Positions 19,903 to 31,251 of a DNA stretch of 64,000 nt are shown piece after piece (the first letter of the stretch is position 1; each line of letters begins with the position of its first letter). The notes beneath the pieces are model-generated. The model had not been told where the DNA came from, searched no databases, and saw nothing but the letters and a program-made list of their open reading frames with translations. Location: NCBI GenBank assembly GCA_964035575.1, contig OZ037846.1, positions 1,240,001 through 1,304,000 of the forward strand, read 5' to 3'. Origin of the DNA: Rhynchopus sp. YZ270_cl-10 (Eukaryota). The translations under genes were made by a program, and so were the position numbers.

Positions 19903-22419
19903 ATGCAGTCACCCCCAGAGATGGCAGGGGAGGAGGCGCTGTTTATAGAGCAGAACCACGACATCCAGGGTAACGTCAGCAGCACTGTAGTAAACTGCAC
20001 TGCCAACAGCAACTACATGGCACCGCAGGCAGGAAGCGATGTGCTGGCAGACAACCAAGAAGGGCTTGACGTGCACGAGTTGAGGAGAATGTTTGAGAAG
20101 CAGCAGGAAGGGAAGACGACACGGGTCATCAACATTGGCGCGATTGTTGCGCTTCTCCTTTCCATGCTTCTTTGGTTCGTTATCGAAGCGGCCTGGGTGA
20201 TGCAGGCGCCGAACGATGCCTGGCGTACTGGGGCCTCTGTTGCAGGCAGCATGGTTGCTATTCTTGGCGTTCTTTCCCTCATGGCTACCTTCGCAGTGAG
20301 GCTGCACTCTGGTAAAACGTCCACTTTCTTGAAGGTTGTTGTGCACAGTGGCAACGGGGTGCTTCTCTGTGGGATTGTCGTGTGGGCCATCGGGAAATAC
20401 GCGATAATTCTGGGTGAGGAAGTCGACGAGGAAATCAATTATCGACCCAGCTTCGTCACGGGACAGGTCATTGGAGTCTTCTTTTTGGAGTGTGCTCTGT
20501 GGCTTGCAGTGGGAGGTTTTATGCATGAGTGGAGGACCTGGCCTGCTGCATCGTCGTTGTTGGCGCAGCTTGGGTTGGTGGTGTTCTTCGCTTTCGCTGG
20601 GGCAGTGGGGAGCTTGCAGATTGTGTACGGCTACTCATCAGCGGGTCTGTCAGTGCGTCGCATTGGTGGTGGCTGTGTTGCAGGGGCAGCTTTGATGCTT
20701 GCAATCCTCTCTGGTATGATGTGCGCGTCTTCGTACAGGTTTGCGAAGTCGGTGGCGGTCTTCTCAGGGATGGGGGTGAACGGAGTGATTGTCTACGCCA
20801 TTGGCCAGGGGCTGTGTATGAACGACCTCTGGATGGTTTACCCGCTTGCCATCAAAACCATGTTTGGCGGTGAGCTTGTCACTGCAATCCTCTTCGTCTT
20901 CGCAGGCATGCTCATCACCGTGGCTGCCCTCAGGACTCCACTTGAAGCGCTGCAGACCAAAACCTCAGTACCCAAAGTGCATATGATTGAAGGGAAGCTC
21001 TACATCATTCGGAATGGAGTTCCGGTGGCGTGTCGGAACCAAGTGCAGCAAGGCAACCAAGTGCCGATGGCAACGGAACAAGAAGGGAAGATTACGCGGG
21101 TCATCAACATTGGCGCGATTGTTGCGCTTCTCCTTTCCATGCTTCTTTGGTTCGTTATTGAAGCGGCCTGGGTGTTGCAGGCTCCTGATCTCTCTGACTG
21201 GAGTTTTCAGGCCTCCGTTGCAGGCAGCACGGTTGCTATTCTTGGCGTTCTTTTCCTCATGGCTACCTTCGCAGTGAGGCTGCACTCTGGTAAAACCTCC
21301 ACTTTCCTGAAGGTTATTGCACACAGCAGCAACGGGGTGATTCTCTGTGGGATTGTCGTGTGGGCCATCGGAAAAGAGTGGATTTCTCAGTCTGATGCAC
21401 TCAGCGGGAACTCTGACAGGGCGGTCTTCGTCACGGGGCAGGTCATTGGAGTCTTCTTCTTGGAGTGTGCTCTGTGGCTTGCAGTGGGAGGTTTTGTGCA
21501 TGAGTGGAGGACCTGGCCTGCTGCATCGTCGTTGTTGGCGCAGCTTGGGTTGGTGATGTTCTTCCTTCTCGCTGGGGCGGTGGGGGGCCTGGATGTGGAA
21601 TCAACACTGTATATGGAGTTCGGCAACTTATCATCGGGTCTGTCAGTGCGCCGCGTTGGTGGTGGCTGTGTTGCAGGGGCAGCTTTGATGCTTGCAATCC
21701 TCTCTGGTGTGATGTGCGCGTCTTCGTACAGGTTTGCGAAGTCGGTGGCGGTCCTCTCAGGGATGGGGGTGAACGGAGTGTTTGTCTACGCTCTGGGGCA
21801 GGGGATGTACATGAACGACCTCTGGATGGTTTACCCGCTTGCCTTCAAAACCATGTTTGGTGGTGAGCTTGTCACTGCAATCCTCTTCGTCTTCGCAGGC
21901 ATGCTCATCACCGTGGCTGCCCTCAGGACTCCACTCGAAGCGCTGCAGACCCGAGCATCAGAAGAGTGTCAGGTGGAGAGGGGTGGTGGAGGTGGTGGGG
22001 TGCCGAACCAAGTGTTGCCGCAACAACGGGGGGAGCCGAACCAAGCAGTGCTGCAGCAGGAGAAGAGCTTGCAGCAACAGACGATGTTGCACCAACAGAT
22101 GCAGCTGCAAACACAGATGCAGATGCAGCAGCAGCAGCAGCAAATACAGATGCAATTGCAGCAGCTGCAGCAACAGATGCAGATGCAGCAACAGCAGATG
22201 CAAATGCACCAACAGCAGCAACAGCAGTACATGACCCAGCAGACGTACCCATCACCACAGCAGCAGCGTCAAGTCAAGACCATGGCCCCGCCCGGGCCCC
22301 GTGCAGCATCTCAGTCCCACAGCTCCCCAGGTGGTGTTGTCGTGGAAGGTCCGACAGATGGTGCCAGTGCAGGGATTGAGGAGCAGTACAATGAGGGTGA
22401 CTGGTTGCTCACGGAGTAG
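19903..22419 (+). CDS. Polytopic membrane protein, paralogue 3: two tandem 8-TM modules + polyQ tail
   Basis: 838-aa ORF paralogous to 10772, including ~80 bp of upstream sequence. Confidence 0.92.
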   Translation: MQSPPEMAGEEALFIEQNHDIQGNVSSTVVNCTANSNYMAPQAGSDVLADNQEGLDVHELRRMFEKQQEGKTTRVINIGAIVALLLSMLLWFVIEAAWVMQAPNDAWRTGASVAGSMVAILGVLSLMATFAVRLHSGKTSTFLKVVVHSGNGVLLCGIVVWAIGKYAIILGEEVDEEINYRPSFVTGQVIGVFFLECALWLAVGGFMHEWRTWPAASSLLAQLGLVVFFAFAGAVGSLQIVYGYSSAGLSVRRIGGGCVAGAALMLAILSGMMCASSYRFAKSVAVFSGMGVNGVIVYAIGQGLCMNDLWMVYPLAIKTMFGGELVTAILFVFAGMLITVAALRTPLEALQTKTSVPKVHMIEGKLYIIRNGVPVACRNQVQQGNQVPMATEQEGKITRVINIGAIVALLLSMLLWFVIEAAWVLQAPDLSDWSFQASVAGSTVAILGVLFLMATFAVRLHSGKTSTFLKVIAHSSNGVILCGIVVWAIGKEWISQSDALSGNSDRAVFVTGQVIGVFFLECALWLAVGGFVHEWRTWPAASSLLAQLGLVMFFLLAGAVGGLDVESTLYMEFGNLSSGLSVRRVGGGCVAGAALMLAILSGVMCASSYRFAKSVAVLSGMGVNGVFVYALGQGMYMNDLWMVYPLAFKTMFGGELVTAILFVFAGMLITVAALRTPLEALQTRASEECQVERGGGGGGVPNQVLPQQRGEPNQAVLQQEKSLQQQTMLHQQMQLQTQMQMQQQQQQIQMQLQQLQQQMQMQQQQMQMHQQQQQQYMTQQTYPSPQQQRQVKTMAPPGPRAASQSHSSPGGVVVEGPTDGASAGIEEQYNEGDWLLTE

Positions 22420-24221
22420 AAGGTTTATTAGGAGTCATCCTTGGGTGGCGACACTGATACAAAACAAGTTTTCAAACAAAAATATAAGGAAAAAATGTGA
22501 CACGAAAATAAGGGGGTCATGACACCCTCTGCTTTTTTAGGGCAGACATGCCAAGTCACCCATCGAGGTGATCAAAAATGTCCCAACCCCTCCCCCCGCT
22601 TTTTAAGGTGACTAGGTTTAGGGGCATCTTTGGGGGTTTTTTTATATATCAACAATTTTCTTTTCCATTTTTTGTTCCAAAAGTTGTTGTGCGTGGGCAC
22701 CTTGCAAAGCCCATCCCCTCTTTTGAATTTTATTTCTACTGAGCTGCGTTTTAGCACGTTTCAACTACTCTTTTTTTCGTTGTGCTCAGGTAGCTACGTG
22801 CCGTGAAGGCAATCGTGTACTAGCTAATACAGAAAGTATCCGTCAAGGCTGTCCTTACAGACGCATGCCAAAGCGGCCACGTGGGTGTGGACTTAAGATT
22901 GAAGTTTCATCATTGTAGCCCAGGGGGTTCCCGGCTCCCGGCGAGGTCTCTTCCGATCCGCAATACAAGTTCCTAGGGGGGCCTCGTGTCTTCACTGGCT
23001 CGGGCTCCAGTGGGTTCCTCCACACATGTAGTGTGCCTGCCTTCAGCACCCAGGGTAGCATACCCAGCACTTTTTACCCTCAGGCAGACCTTCATAGAGT
23101 TTCAGGAGGAGTGCCACTAAAAGGGCCCCGGATGCAATTTAACGTCCAGCCTAAGACGACTATTTTGCTTTATTTTTTATTTTTTTGTCCATAAAGTTCA
23201 AGTTGATCAGAAACAACGAGAAACTATGAGCACAACCCCCCTCAAAACCCTCCCCTCTTTGTTTCACGAAGATGCGGGGTGGAGCTTAGAAAAAGAAAAA
23301 AGCCTGATCTCCTGACCCAACCCTTTGTCTCCCCCTTCCCCTCTCCACTGTCATAGCAAAGCCCATCGATCATGCAACTGAACCCACCCCCTTTTATTCC
23401 TTATAATGACGTCATATGAGGCATCCTCAGCACCAATGTTCTAATCGCGACACATAGATTCCGTGTGGTTTTGCCTGCTATTTTGGTGGTGTTCAAATAC
23501 CACCAAAACTCCTCCAAAGTGCACCAAATTTCAGGCAAAACCAGATGGTTGATTGTGGGGCATACTAGGAGCAGAGGTGTAGTTATAGACCACCTGCGGG
23601 ACAGCCTAGACGCCTGGGTGGGCACAGCAGGGACATCACTGCTGGCGTCGTCGTCGTCATCCACCAGGCCATCGTCATCTAGTGCAGGACCGTCAGCATC
23701 CACAGGAACGTCAGCATCCCGTGGGAGGCTTCAACAATGAAATACCACTACTCTTATCGTCGCTTTACCTATCCAATGATGGGGCCGTACCAACACCCAT
23801 TGCCACATGCTTTCACACCAGTTCCCCATCATACCACATTTCATTTCAACCAATTTTCCTGCCCAGGAAACTTAATTGATGCCATCTTGTTTCTTTTTTT
23901 TTTTTTGGGTACATTTACATAGTGCACCTTGTTATAACCTTCAGTAGAGATAAGTATGATGTGGCTGAAGGGGAGGGTGCTATTTTTGGGCCATTTTCTG
24001 ATATTTTCTGCTATTTTTGGGGTCGTCATGGGTCAGCCACACCAATTTCTAAGTGTTTGAAATAATTTCTTTTTTGATAAATTGTTGGAGTAGTGTAGTT
24101 GCCTCGGTTGTGCAATCTCCACTGTCAGTTTTTGTACGCCATCCACATATCACCACAGACCTACCTCTCCTCCCCCAGCCTCGGGGCCCTCCTGCCCCCT
24201 CCCAAAAATTCTTCTTTAAAT

Positions 24222-26219
24222 ATGGCCGGGTTTTCATTTCTTGTACTTCTGTTGCTCCTCCCGTTGACAGGGTCCACTTCTTTGGAGGATATCATCGAAC
24301 GCAAGGAGACTGCGCTGCGGAGTATGGTCTCTGCGTACGAAGGGCTACATAGGGACCGATGTAGTACCACATGCGACGATTTCTGTACCATTCCTGCCTG
24401 CGGAACGAGGTTTGATGAGGATACGACGAAGACGCACTCGTTTCCCTGCAATTCCGAGGCAGGGAGCACCATGTGTACTGCAGAGGACTGCGACGGGGCG
24501 TATCGCAGTGAAGAGGCCACGGTGCTCCGCATCGCCCCTGGAGTGGATTTCCGCAGCACAGAGCTTGCCGACGACGTCTGTGCCTCGAACTCCATGCTCC
24601 CCACCTTCCAACGCAACAAAGCGACCTACGCACTCAACGCCTATCAATACGTCAGCCACCGCTCTGGAACGCTCCGCATGCACCCTGCAATCCCTCAAGA
24701 ACGCTCTAACGGCTCCTGCTCTTCTTATGACCCTAGAATTCGGCCGTGGTACGTCGCCGCCGCATCTGGGCCAAAAGATGTCATATTAATCCTCGATGTA
24801 TCCGGAACAATGGGAGCGCTTCATGGAGGGTTATCAAAAATGACCAGATTAGATGCCGTGAAGTCTGCGGCAAAGGCGGTGTTGGAAACCCTGACGAACA
24901 GTGATTATGTGACTGTCGTGACGTTTGCAAATGAGGCTCTGGCGATTGGCGGAGAGGTCATGCTTCAAGCTACAGAAGCGAATATCAAAACGCTTCAAAT
25001 CGCGGTGGATGCGATGGTTGCGGAAGGTGCAACAAACTTTTCTGCAGGGTTTTTAACAGCATTTGATGTATTGGAGAGGTCTGTTGAAAGGGAATTAACG
25101 GCAGACTGCTCTCGCGCAATACTTTTTTTAACAGATGGCTACAACACCGCAGACTCAAACCCTCTTACAGTTATTGCACAACGCCAAGCAAAACGACCCG
25201 AAAAGGTCCGCATCTTCACCTACTCTATGGGAACCGAAGCGGACCACGCCCTACCACAACAAATTGCCTGCGACAACGGAGGAATCTGGGCTCTGATGTC
25301 AAATGGCGAGGACCCTCTCACGCATATGTCTCGATACTACCAATACCTAGCCGCAGGTGTGCACAGTGGGTTGCCTAGGTGGACCACACCGTATGAGGAT
25401 GCCTTCGGCTTGGGGACGTTAGTGACCGTCGCCGCCGCTGCGTATGACCGTTCTGGGAGTGTTCCGGTTTTCATTGGGGTGGTGGGGATTGACGTTCGTC
25501 TCAGCGAGCTGGACAGCCACAACGACTATGCTGCGGTGGTCTCAGCTCTCATTGCACGCAGCCGGGTCTGCACCCCGGTGGTCCTTGAGGACTGTGATGT
25601 GCAGCGTCTTCGTGGAAGCAATGCCTGCAAAGACCGGCCAACGTGCCCCGGAGTTGTCGTCTCTGACTGTAACCTAGGGAGAACCCTGCCAAAGTTGCTC
25701 TGTCAGGAGCTGTCTGAGGCGACGCGTCTGCCGGTGGAGGAGGGGGAGGCGGGGCGGAGCTTTTCAGATGTGAGCTGCTGTGGGTGTGGTGGGGGTGGGG
25801 TTGGGGTGGTGGTGGTGGTGGTGTTGGTGGCGTTTGGGGTGCTGGTGGTGGTTGTGGTGGTGGTGGTGTGGTGGAGACGCCGGCAGCAGCGGAGCACCCC
25901 CTTCCGGCATGAGGACAACGCAGCCTCGCCACAGGCCGCCTTCCTCCAAGAGTCCAATCTGGGAGCAAACTTCCGCCCCCCACCCCTCGCTCCGTCTCAC
26001 ATCGAGGCGCCCCTCATGCACGAACCCACAGCACCTCCCGCTCCCGCACCCATGCCAGCACCCCTCCCAGTACAGCATCATCAGCCTCATGGAATCCGTC
26101 AACATCAGGCACACCATCAGGCGCACCAAGCACCCCACCCAGCGGGCCGAGGCGGCGCCAGAGCACCACCTGCTGCATTAGCCTATTCCCGACAGCTGCT
26201 TGGGGAGGGTGAACTCTAG
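24222..26219 (+). CDS. VWA + Cache domain type I membrane protein (alpha2delta/CACHD1-like)
   Basis: Signal peptide MAGFSFLVLLLLLPLTGS; YDPRIRPWY; VWA motifs DVILILDVSGTM, GATNF, LFLTDG; Cache motifs WTTPYEDAFGLG and GVVGIDV; poly-Val TM followed by WWRRR; Pro/His-rich tail. Confidence 0.9.
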   Translation: MAGFSFLVLLLLLPLTGSTSLEDIIERKETALRSMVSAYEGLHRDRCSTTCDDFCTIPACGTRFDEDTTKTHSFPCNSEAGSTMCTAEDCDGAYRSEEATVLRIAPGVDFRSTELADDVCASNSMLPTFQRNKATYALNAYQYVSHRSGTLRMHPAIPQERSNGSCSSYDPRIRPWYVAAASGPKDVILILDVSGTMGALHGGLSKMTRLDAVKSAAKAVLETLTNSDYVTVVTFANEALAIGGEVMLQATEANIKTLQIAVDAMVAEGATNFSAGFLTAFDVLERSVERELTADCSRAILFLTDGYNTADSNPLTVIAQRQAKRPEKVRIFTYSMGTEADHALPQQIACDNGGIWALMSNGEDPLTHMSRYYQYLAAGVHSGLPRWTTPYEDAFGLGTLVTVAAAAYDRSGSVPVFIGVVGIDVRLSELDSHNDYAAVVSALIARSRVCTPVVLEDCDVQRLRGSNACKDRPTCPGVVVSDCNLGRTLPKLLCQELSEATRLPVEEGEAGRSFSDVSCCGCGGGGVGVVVVVVLVAFGVLVVVVVVVVWWRRRQQRSTPFRHEDNAASPQAAFLQESNLGANFRPPPLAPSHIEAPLMHEPTAPPAPAPMPAPLPVQHHQPHGIRQHQAHHQAHQAPHPAGRGGARAPPAALAYSRQLLGEGEL

Positions 26220-28009
26220 CGGGCTACTGTTCGGTGATAACATTGAGTATGGTGAAGGGGATTTGGGATTCAGGACAAGGGGTAGACCAGAGGAGGGCAC
26301 GCTCCCGAACCATAGTCAGGGGTCTTGTTGTGTGTAACGTTGGGCACAAAAGACCTAAATATGCATCACCACCAACCTTCAGGTCAGTGCAATGACTATA
26401 CAATGTTGTGCCTGGAAGAGTTGTGGGAGGTGACTGGCTGTATTTGTGAGAATATGCCCCAGCATAATACAGAATACACAATCACAATATGCTGTGTGTG
26501 ATGTGGATTTATTATGGACAATGTATCACAATACAGGAGTCTCTCATGGGAACGTTTCTTTTCATTTTTTTTTTTTTTGGGTGATGGGAAAGTGGGGGGG
26601 AGGGGGGAATCCACATGGTGTGTGTAGTGTTGCGCCGGTGTACGGCGAAGCGTGTGTACCTTTCAACTTCTTTTTTTGTGAAGCGGCTTGTGGGAAAACG
26701 AGGTGTCGGGAGAAGGGGGGTGGGGACAGTCTGAAAACGAAAAGCGCTGCTGAAAACCCAGATCGGCTTGCGCAAGAAGAAAGACGTTCGTGTGGAGAGG
26801 GGGTGGACAGGGGTTGGCATCGTACGGTGGGTCTGTCGGTGTGCCTGCATCAACAACTTCCATTTGTTTGGGACAAGGGAAAGAATGTCCCTCACCCGTT
26901 GGGGTGTGACCCTGCGACCGTGGAGGTGGACGCCTGGATGAACTACTTCGGCGCTGCCAAACGACCGGACGTAATAGCGTAATGCGACCGGGTTTGCATC
27001 CTTGGCAGTTGACGCAGCTGTACGAGACGTACTGCGTGTTTTCGAGAAGACCTCTTCTGCTGACACTGGTGTACCTGAGGCATTCTCAACGGGTGAGTTC
27101 AAGGCACCACACCTTCCAGGCGTTACGCTCGAAGAAATCTCTTTCGGAAGACGTACGCTCTGGGGGGGTGGCTTTCCTGGATGCTGTTCTCGACGAGGTT
27201 GGGATTGATCGGGATGGGCGCAGGTGGTGGGATAAGCCGTGGTCGGCCAAGTCGGTGAACGGCTTCCAGCTCTGTTGTGGGAGCCGGTGGGTGGTTGCTT
27301 GAGAGCGGAGCATTATGTGTTCATTTTTGTTATGTCTTTGGTTACAGTCACACAACAAACACCGTGGGGTAAAAAAAAAAAAACTAGGGTAGATTTTTTT
27401 TGGGATTTCACAAAACTCTAAAGGAAGGGTTTTCCCCCACGGATGTTTATCTATTGCATTATGTTATTGTGTGACTGTAAAAAAGGGGGGGGATGCCGTT
27501 TTGTGTATCGTGTTTGATAGCAGTCTGTGGATAATCCCCAAGGGGGATAGAGCCAAGGACGATAACCTAAAGTCATCTTTTCAAGTTTTTTGCTTTTGTT
27601 TATGTGACGAAAGCAAAGAGGCTTAGGTTCATCTTATAAAACTTTTTCTTTATGTCGTTTTGATTTGATTTGGTTTTTGTTTTTTTCATTCTTTTTTGCG
27701 TTTTTTTCCCCCCATTGGGACCAATAATCACTATTGCAATGCTTACTACCATCTTTAAAAAACGCTCCTTTTTTTTGTTTTTCTTTACAACGTCTTTTCA
27801 CATATTCTCTTATTTTGTTTTCAGGTGGCTAAGCACGACAAGCTGTGTGTATGTGCTCTCCATTCATTTTAATGCATGTGTTCAAACACTTTCCAACTTC
27901 TCTTTGGGTATACAGATGATCTTTACTAAGAGAGGAGGATTTTCTCAAAAAAAAACCCCCATCGTCTTATTCTGGAGAATGTTTCTATGTAAAATCTTAG
28001 TAAAAAATA

Positions 28010-28305
28010 CCGTGTTTTCGAAAAAAAATATGGACCAGAAAAAAACATGGACTAGAATAATTATGGACCTTTTGGGATTATTTTTTTTTGGACCAATTTT
28101 TCTTGTCCGACATCTATGCGCGGATTTTTTGAACTTGTCCAGAACTTTGTCAGGGAGTCGCACGCGCGACGACCGCTTGTGTGGGGAGAAAGCTCGGAAT
28201 GGGTTTTTAGCATAACACAGATGGACCAGAATAATCATGGGCCAGACCAGAATAATTATGGACCTTTTGGGGATTTTTCTGGTCCATATTTTTTCAAAAA
28301 CACGG
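28010..28305. mobile_element. pogo/Tigger-like MITE (TA TSD)
   Basis: TA|CCGTGTTTTCGAAAAAAAATATGGACCAGAAAAA ... TTTTTCTGGTCCATATTTTTTCAAAAACACGG|TA, with internal ATGGACCAGAATAAT repeats. Confidence 0.85.
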
Positions 28306-29283
28306 TAATTACCCCCAGCAACTAAGATCTGCCTGAAATTTTAGTGGGGTTTCGTTACTAGTGGTTTGTAATACCTAACATTCCATCACAGCACTATACC
28401 AAATTTCAGGCAAAAAAAAAAAAATCATGTGGTTTTGATTTGCAAATGTTGTCATAAAATGCCAATCTTTCACCTCTCACCAGAAAAGGCGGCGTGTGTG
28501 TGACGTTTGCATCATAGGCCAGCATCTCTCTTTTCTTTTCGAAACCTCACTACCGTTTTTTTCGTATCCAGAGATGCCTTTTTTTTTGCTCAACCCCATT
28601 TCTCTCATGTTTAACAACTATCGACCCTCCCCCGTGAAATTGTCCCCCCTGGGAGGAAAAAGTGAGCGGAACGATATCTCGTACCCAACGGTGTTGGCAA
28701 AAGGGTAGGGGGGTGGCCGTTTTGGTGTGAAGAAAAGCAAAGGCTGTCCCCCGGCGGTCCCCCGGCGGCAAAATATCGGTTTTTTTTTGGGGGACAATTT
28801 CACGGGGGGGAGGGCAGTCTGCAGACTAAGGATTGGGGGTCTGGTAATTAATTAATTAAATGCTAGTCTGCACGGGGTTTCGTAACGAACAATGCAGGCG
28901 AAAACGCCGTTATTTGCATTTTTGGGCCGATCCCAGTCAGTGGTGGGGTCAATCTGAAGAAATGGACACAATTTTAATGACTTAAATTTTGGACAATATG
29001 AGCCCGGTCACTAATAGCTGGGGCCCATTTTCGGCCAAAAATTTCCTCAAAATCCGGGTTTGTAATATTGACTTCACCTTCGGTTACCCTACCGGGGGGG
29101 TGAAGGAAGGTTGTGGAAAAGGGTCCTTATTTGCATTTTTGGGATCCGCCCGTGCAGTGGTGGGGTCAATCTCGAAAATTGGACAATTTTTTGACCACTT
29201 AAATTTTGAAAAATATGAGCCCGGTTGCTTATACGTGAGGCCCATTTTCAAAAAAAACCGGGTGGGTAATGTAATTAATTAAA

Positions 29284-31251
29284 GGGGTAATTATCATAAC
29301 ACCCACGTTACTAATACCCATTTACGATAATACCCACTGGGTATTATCGTAAACTTTTTGGGTATTATCGTAAACTTTTTGGGTATTAGTTTTGGGTATT
29401 ATCGTAAACTTTTTGGGTATTACCCAGGTTGGGTAGTACCCAGGTACCCAGGTACCCAGGTACCCAGGTACCCAGGTACCCAGGTACCCAGGTACCCAGG
29501 TACCCAGGTACCCAGGTACCCAGGTACCCAGGTACCCAGGTACCCAGGTACCCAGGTACCCAGGTACACGGTACACTGGTGTACAAGGAAAAAAGTCGTG
29601 AAAGAGCAACCACAGCTCCACATGACAAACACAAAAGTGTCCAATCACGTGGGGCATTCATGCACTGAGGAGATAATGTTCCAACAATTTACAAGAAAGA
29701 TTACTTAACCTACTGCTGGAAATTGCCAGGTCGTAGTAACACACAAAGTGTGCCTCCGTTCGGGAAGACCGGATATTCTAGAGACCAAAAAGGCCTCAAG
29801 AATATCTTCCGGTAGTCAAGGTAGAACCGAGTGAACGGCCCAAGACCCCCGTGGAGAAGTTAAATGTTGTAATGCTATCAAGTACAAACTGCGACCACTG
29901 TCTTACCCTCCTCAATGCATGGTGGAAGATGTCTTTGACAACAAATATCCTGTACCCAGGTACCCATATTCCCAGACCCACGCAGCACTACGTCGCAGTA
30001 CTACGCAAAATTTACCACCAGACCCTGTGTTCGTGCACCTGAAGTACAACGCCGCAGACAGGCCAAACATGCGTTGGACTCAGAGGAATGCCCGCTGTGC
30101 AGGTATCAATGAGAACCAACTCCCAGCAACAAGGGGCGCCTTTTGGCGGGCGTTGTTGAGGGTGTTTGGGGTGCAAAGTTTTCCACAATTTTGATGCGCG
30201 GGTACAGAAGTGTTGTCTTGTTCTTTCATCTCTAGGAATGTAAATGTCAATCGCGTTTAACTACCACTAGGGCTTGTTCAGTGAACCCACAAGGGGTCGA
30301 AGGGGGTTGGTTATCTCATATCTATCAAAGGTTGTGTCGACCAGGCGAAACCACTATGTTACGCTGTACGTTGTTAAATCCGAAGAAATAACACTTTAGC
30401 AGCCGCAGGAAGTTTGCTAAAAAGAGTGCCTCACGCTACACAAACCACCACCCGCGATTGACTTAGATGTTATAACAAAGAGAATTCAGAACAAAACAAC
30501 ACCCTGCCCCATACACACTAAATTGTCATGCTTCAAGAACATGCCTGGGCCAAAATTACTATGACGAAAAGGCAACAAGACCACCCACAAGGAGTGTGAA
30601 ATGTGCACTGGTTTTCTGGGGGAACGCAATATTTTCTTGTGTCTCGTCCTCCGCGAGCAGAGGACAGACTTTCCGGAAGGTTGCCAAAGTCGAATTTCTT
30701 GCACTAGCTATGCTCCCTGGGTTAATGGCTATAGCAGTGACTGACTAAATGTTCCCACCCAGGTCTTCGTATGTTGAGGTGTAGAATGTCGGAGACGGAG
30801 AAGCGCAATCGCTGATGCAGTTCAGATTTCGCGATCCTGTGATGAGTGTAAATGTGGGTGTAATTAAGTTATGTCGCTTGGAGAAAGATTAATTGTTAAT
30901 TGTCAAGAAAAATGGTTACCCTGAATTTGAGGATGTAAGACAGGGATGCAAAAAGTTGTGTAAAAAAAACCCCCCCCCATATATTTAGTGAAAATTGTAT
31001 TTTCTCTGGGGTCGATGAAACCATACCTTGTCTGCACATTCACCAGCGTGCGAGCGCCTCTGATACCTTGCGCGAGTAGCCAGCTAAATCACATCGTACC
31101 TGGGTACCTGGGTAATACCCAAAAAGTTTACGATAATACCCAAAACTAATACCCAAATAGTTTACGATAATACCCAAAAACTTTACGATAATACCCAGTG
31201 GGTATTATCGTAAATGGGTATTAGTAACGTGGGTGTTATAGTCATTTTCCC
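29284..31251 (+). mobile_element. Mutator-like non-autonomous element with shared cargo
   Basis: ~145-bp TIRs built of GGGTATTATCGTAAACTTTTT subrepeats, GGG termini, exact 9-bp TSD TTAATTAAA (29275-29283 and 31252-31260). Confidence 0.9.
29436..29567 (+). repeat. (GTACCCAG)16 satellite
   Basis: Direct reading. Confidence 0.95.

Noticed and set aside
22800..23160. Retroelement 5' region or ribozyme (partial match to ~32550-32610)
   Set aside because: Only a ~60-bp shared segment; no ribozyme core or ORF could be supported.
26600..27302. Possible degraded gene
   Set aside because: Coding-like composition, but only short broken frames with no recognisable motif.
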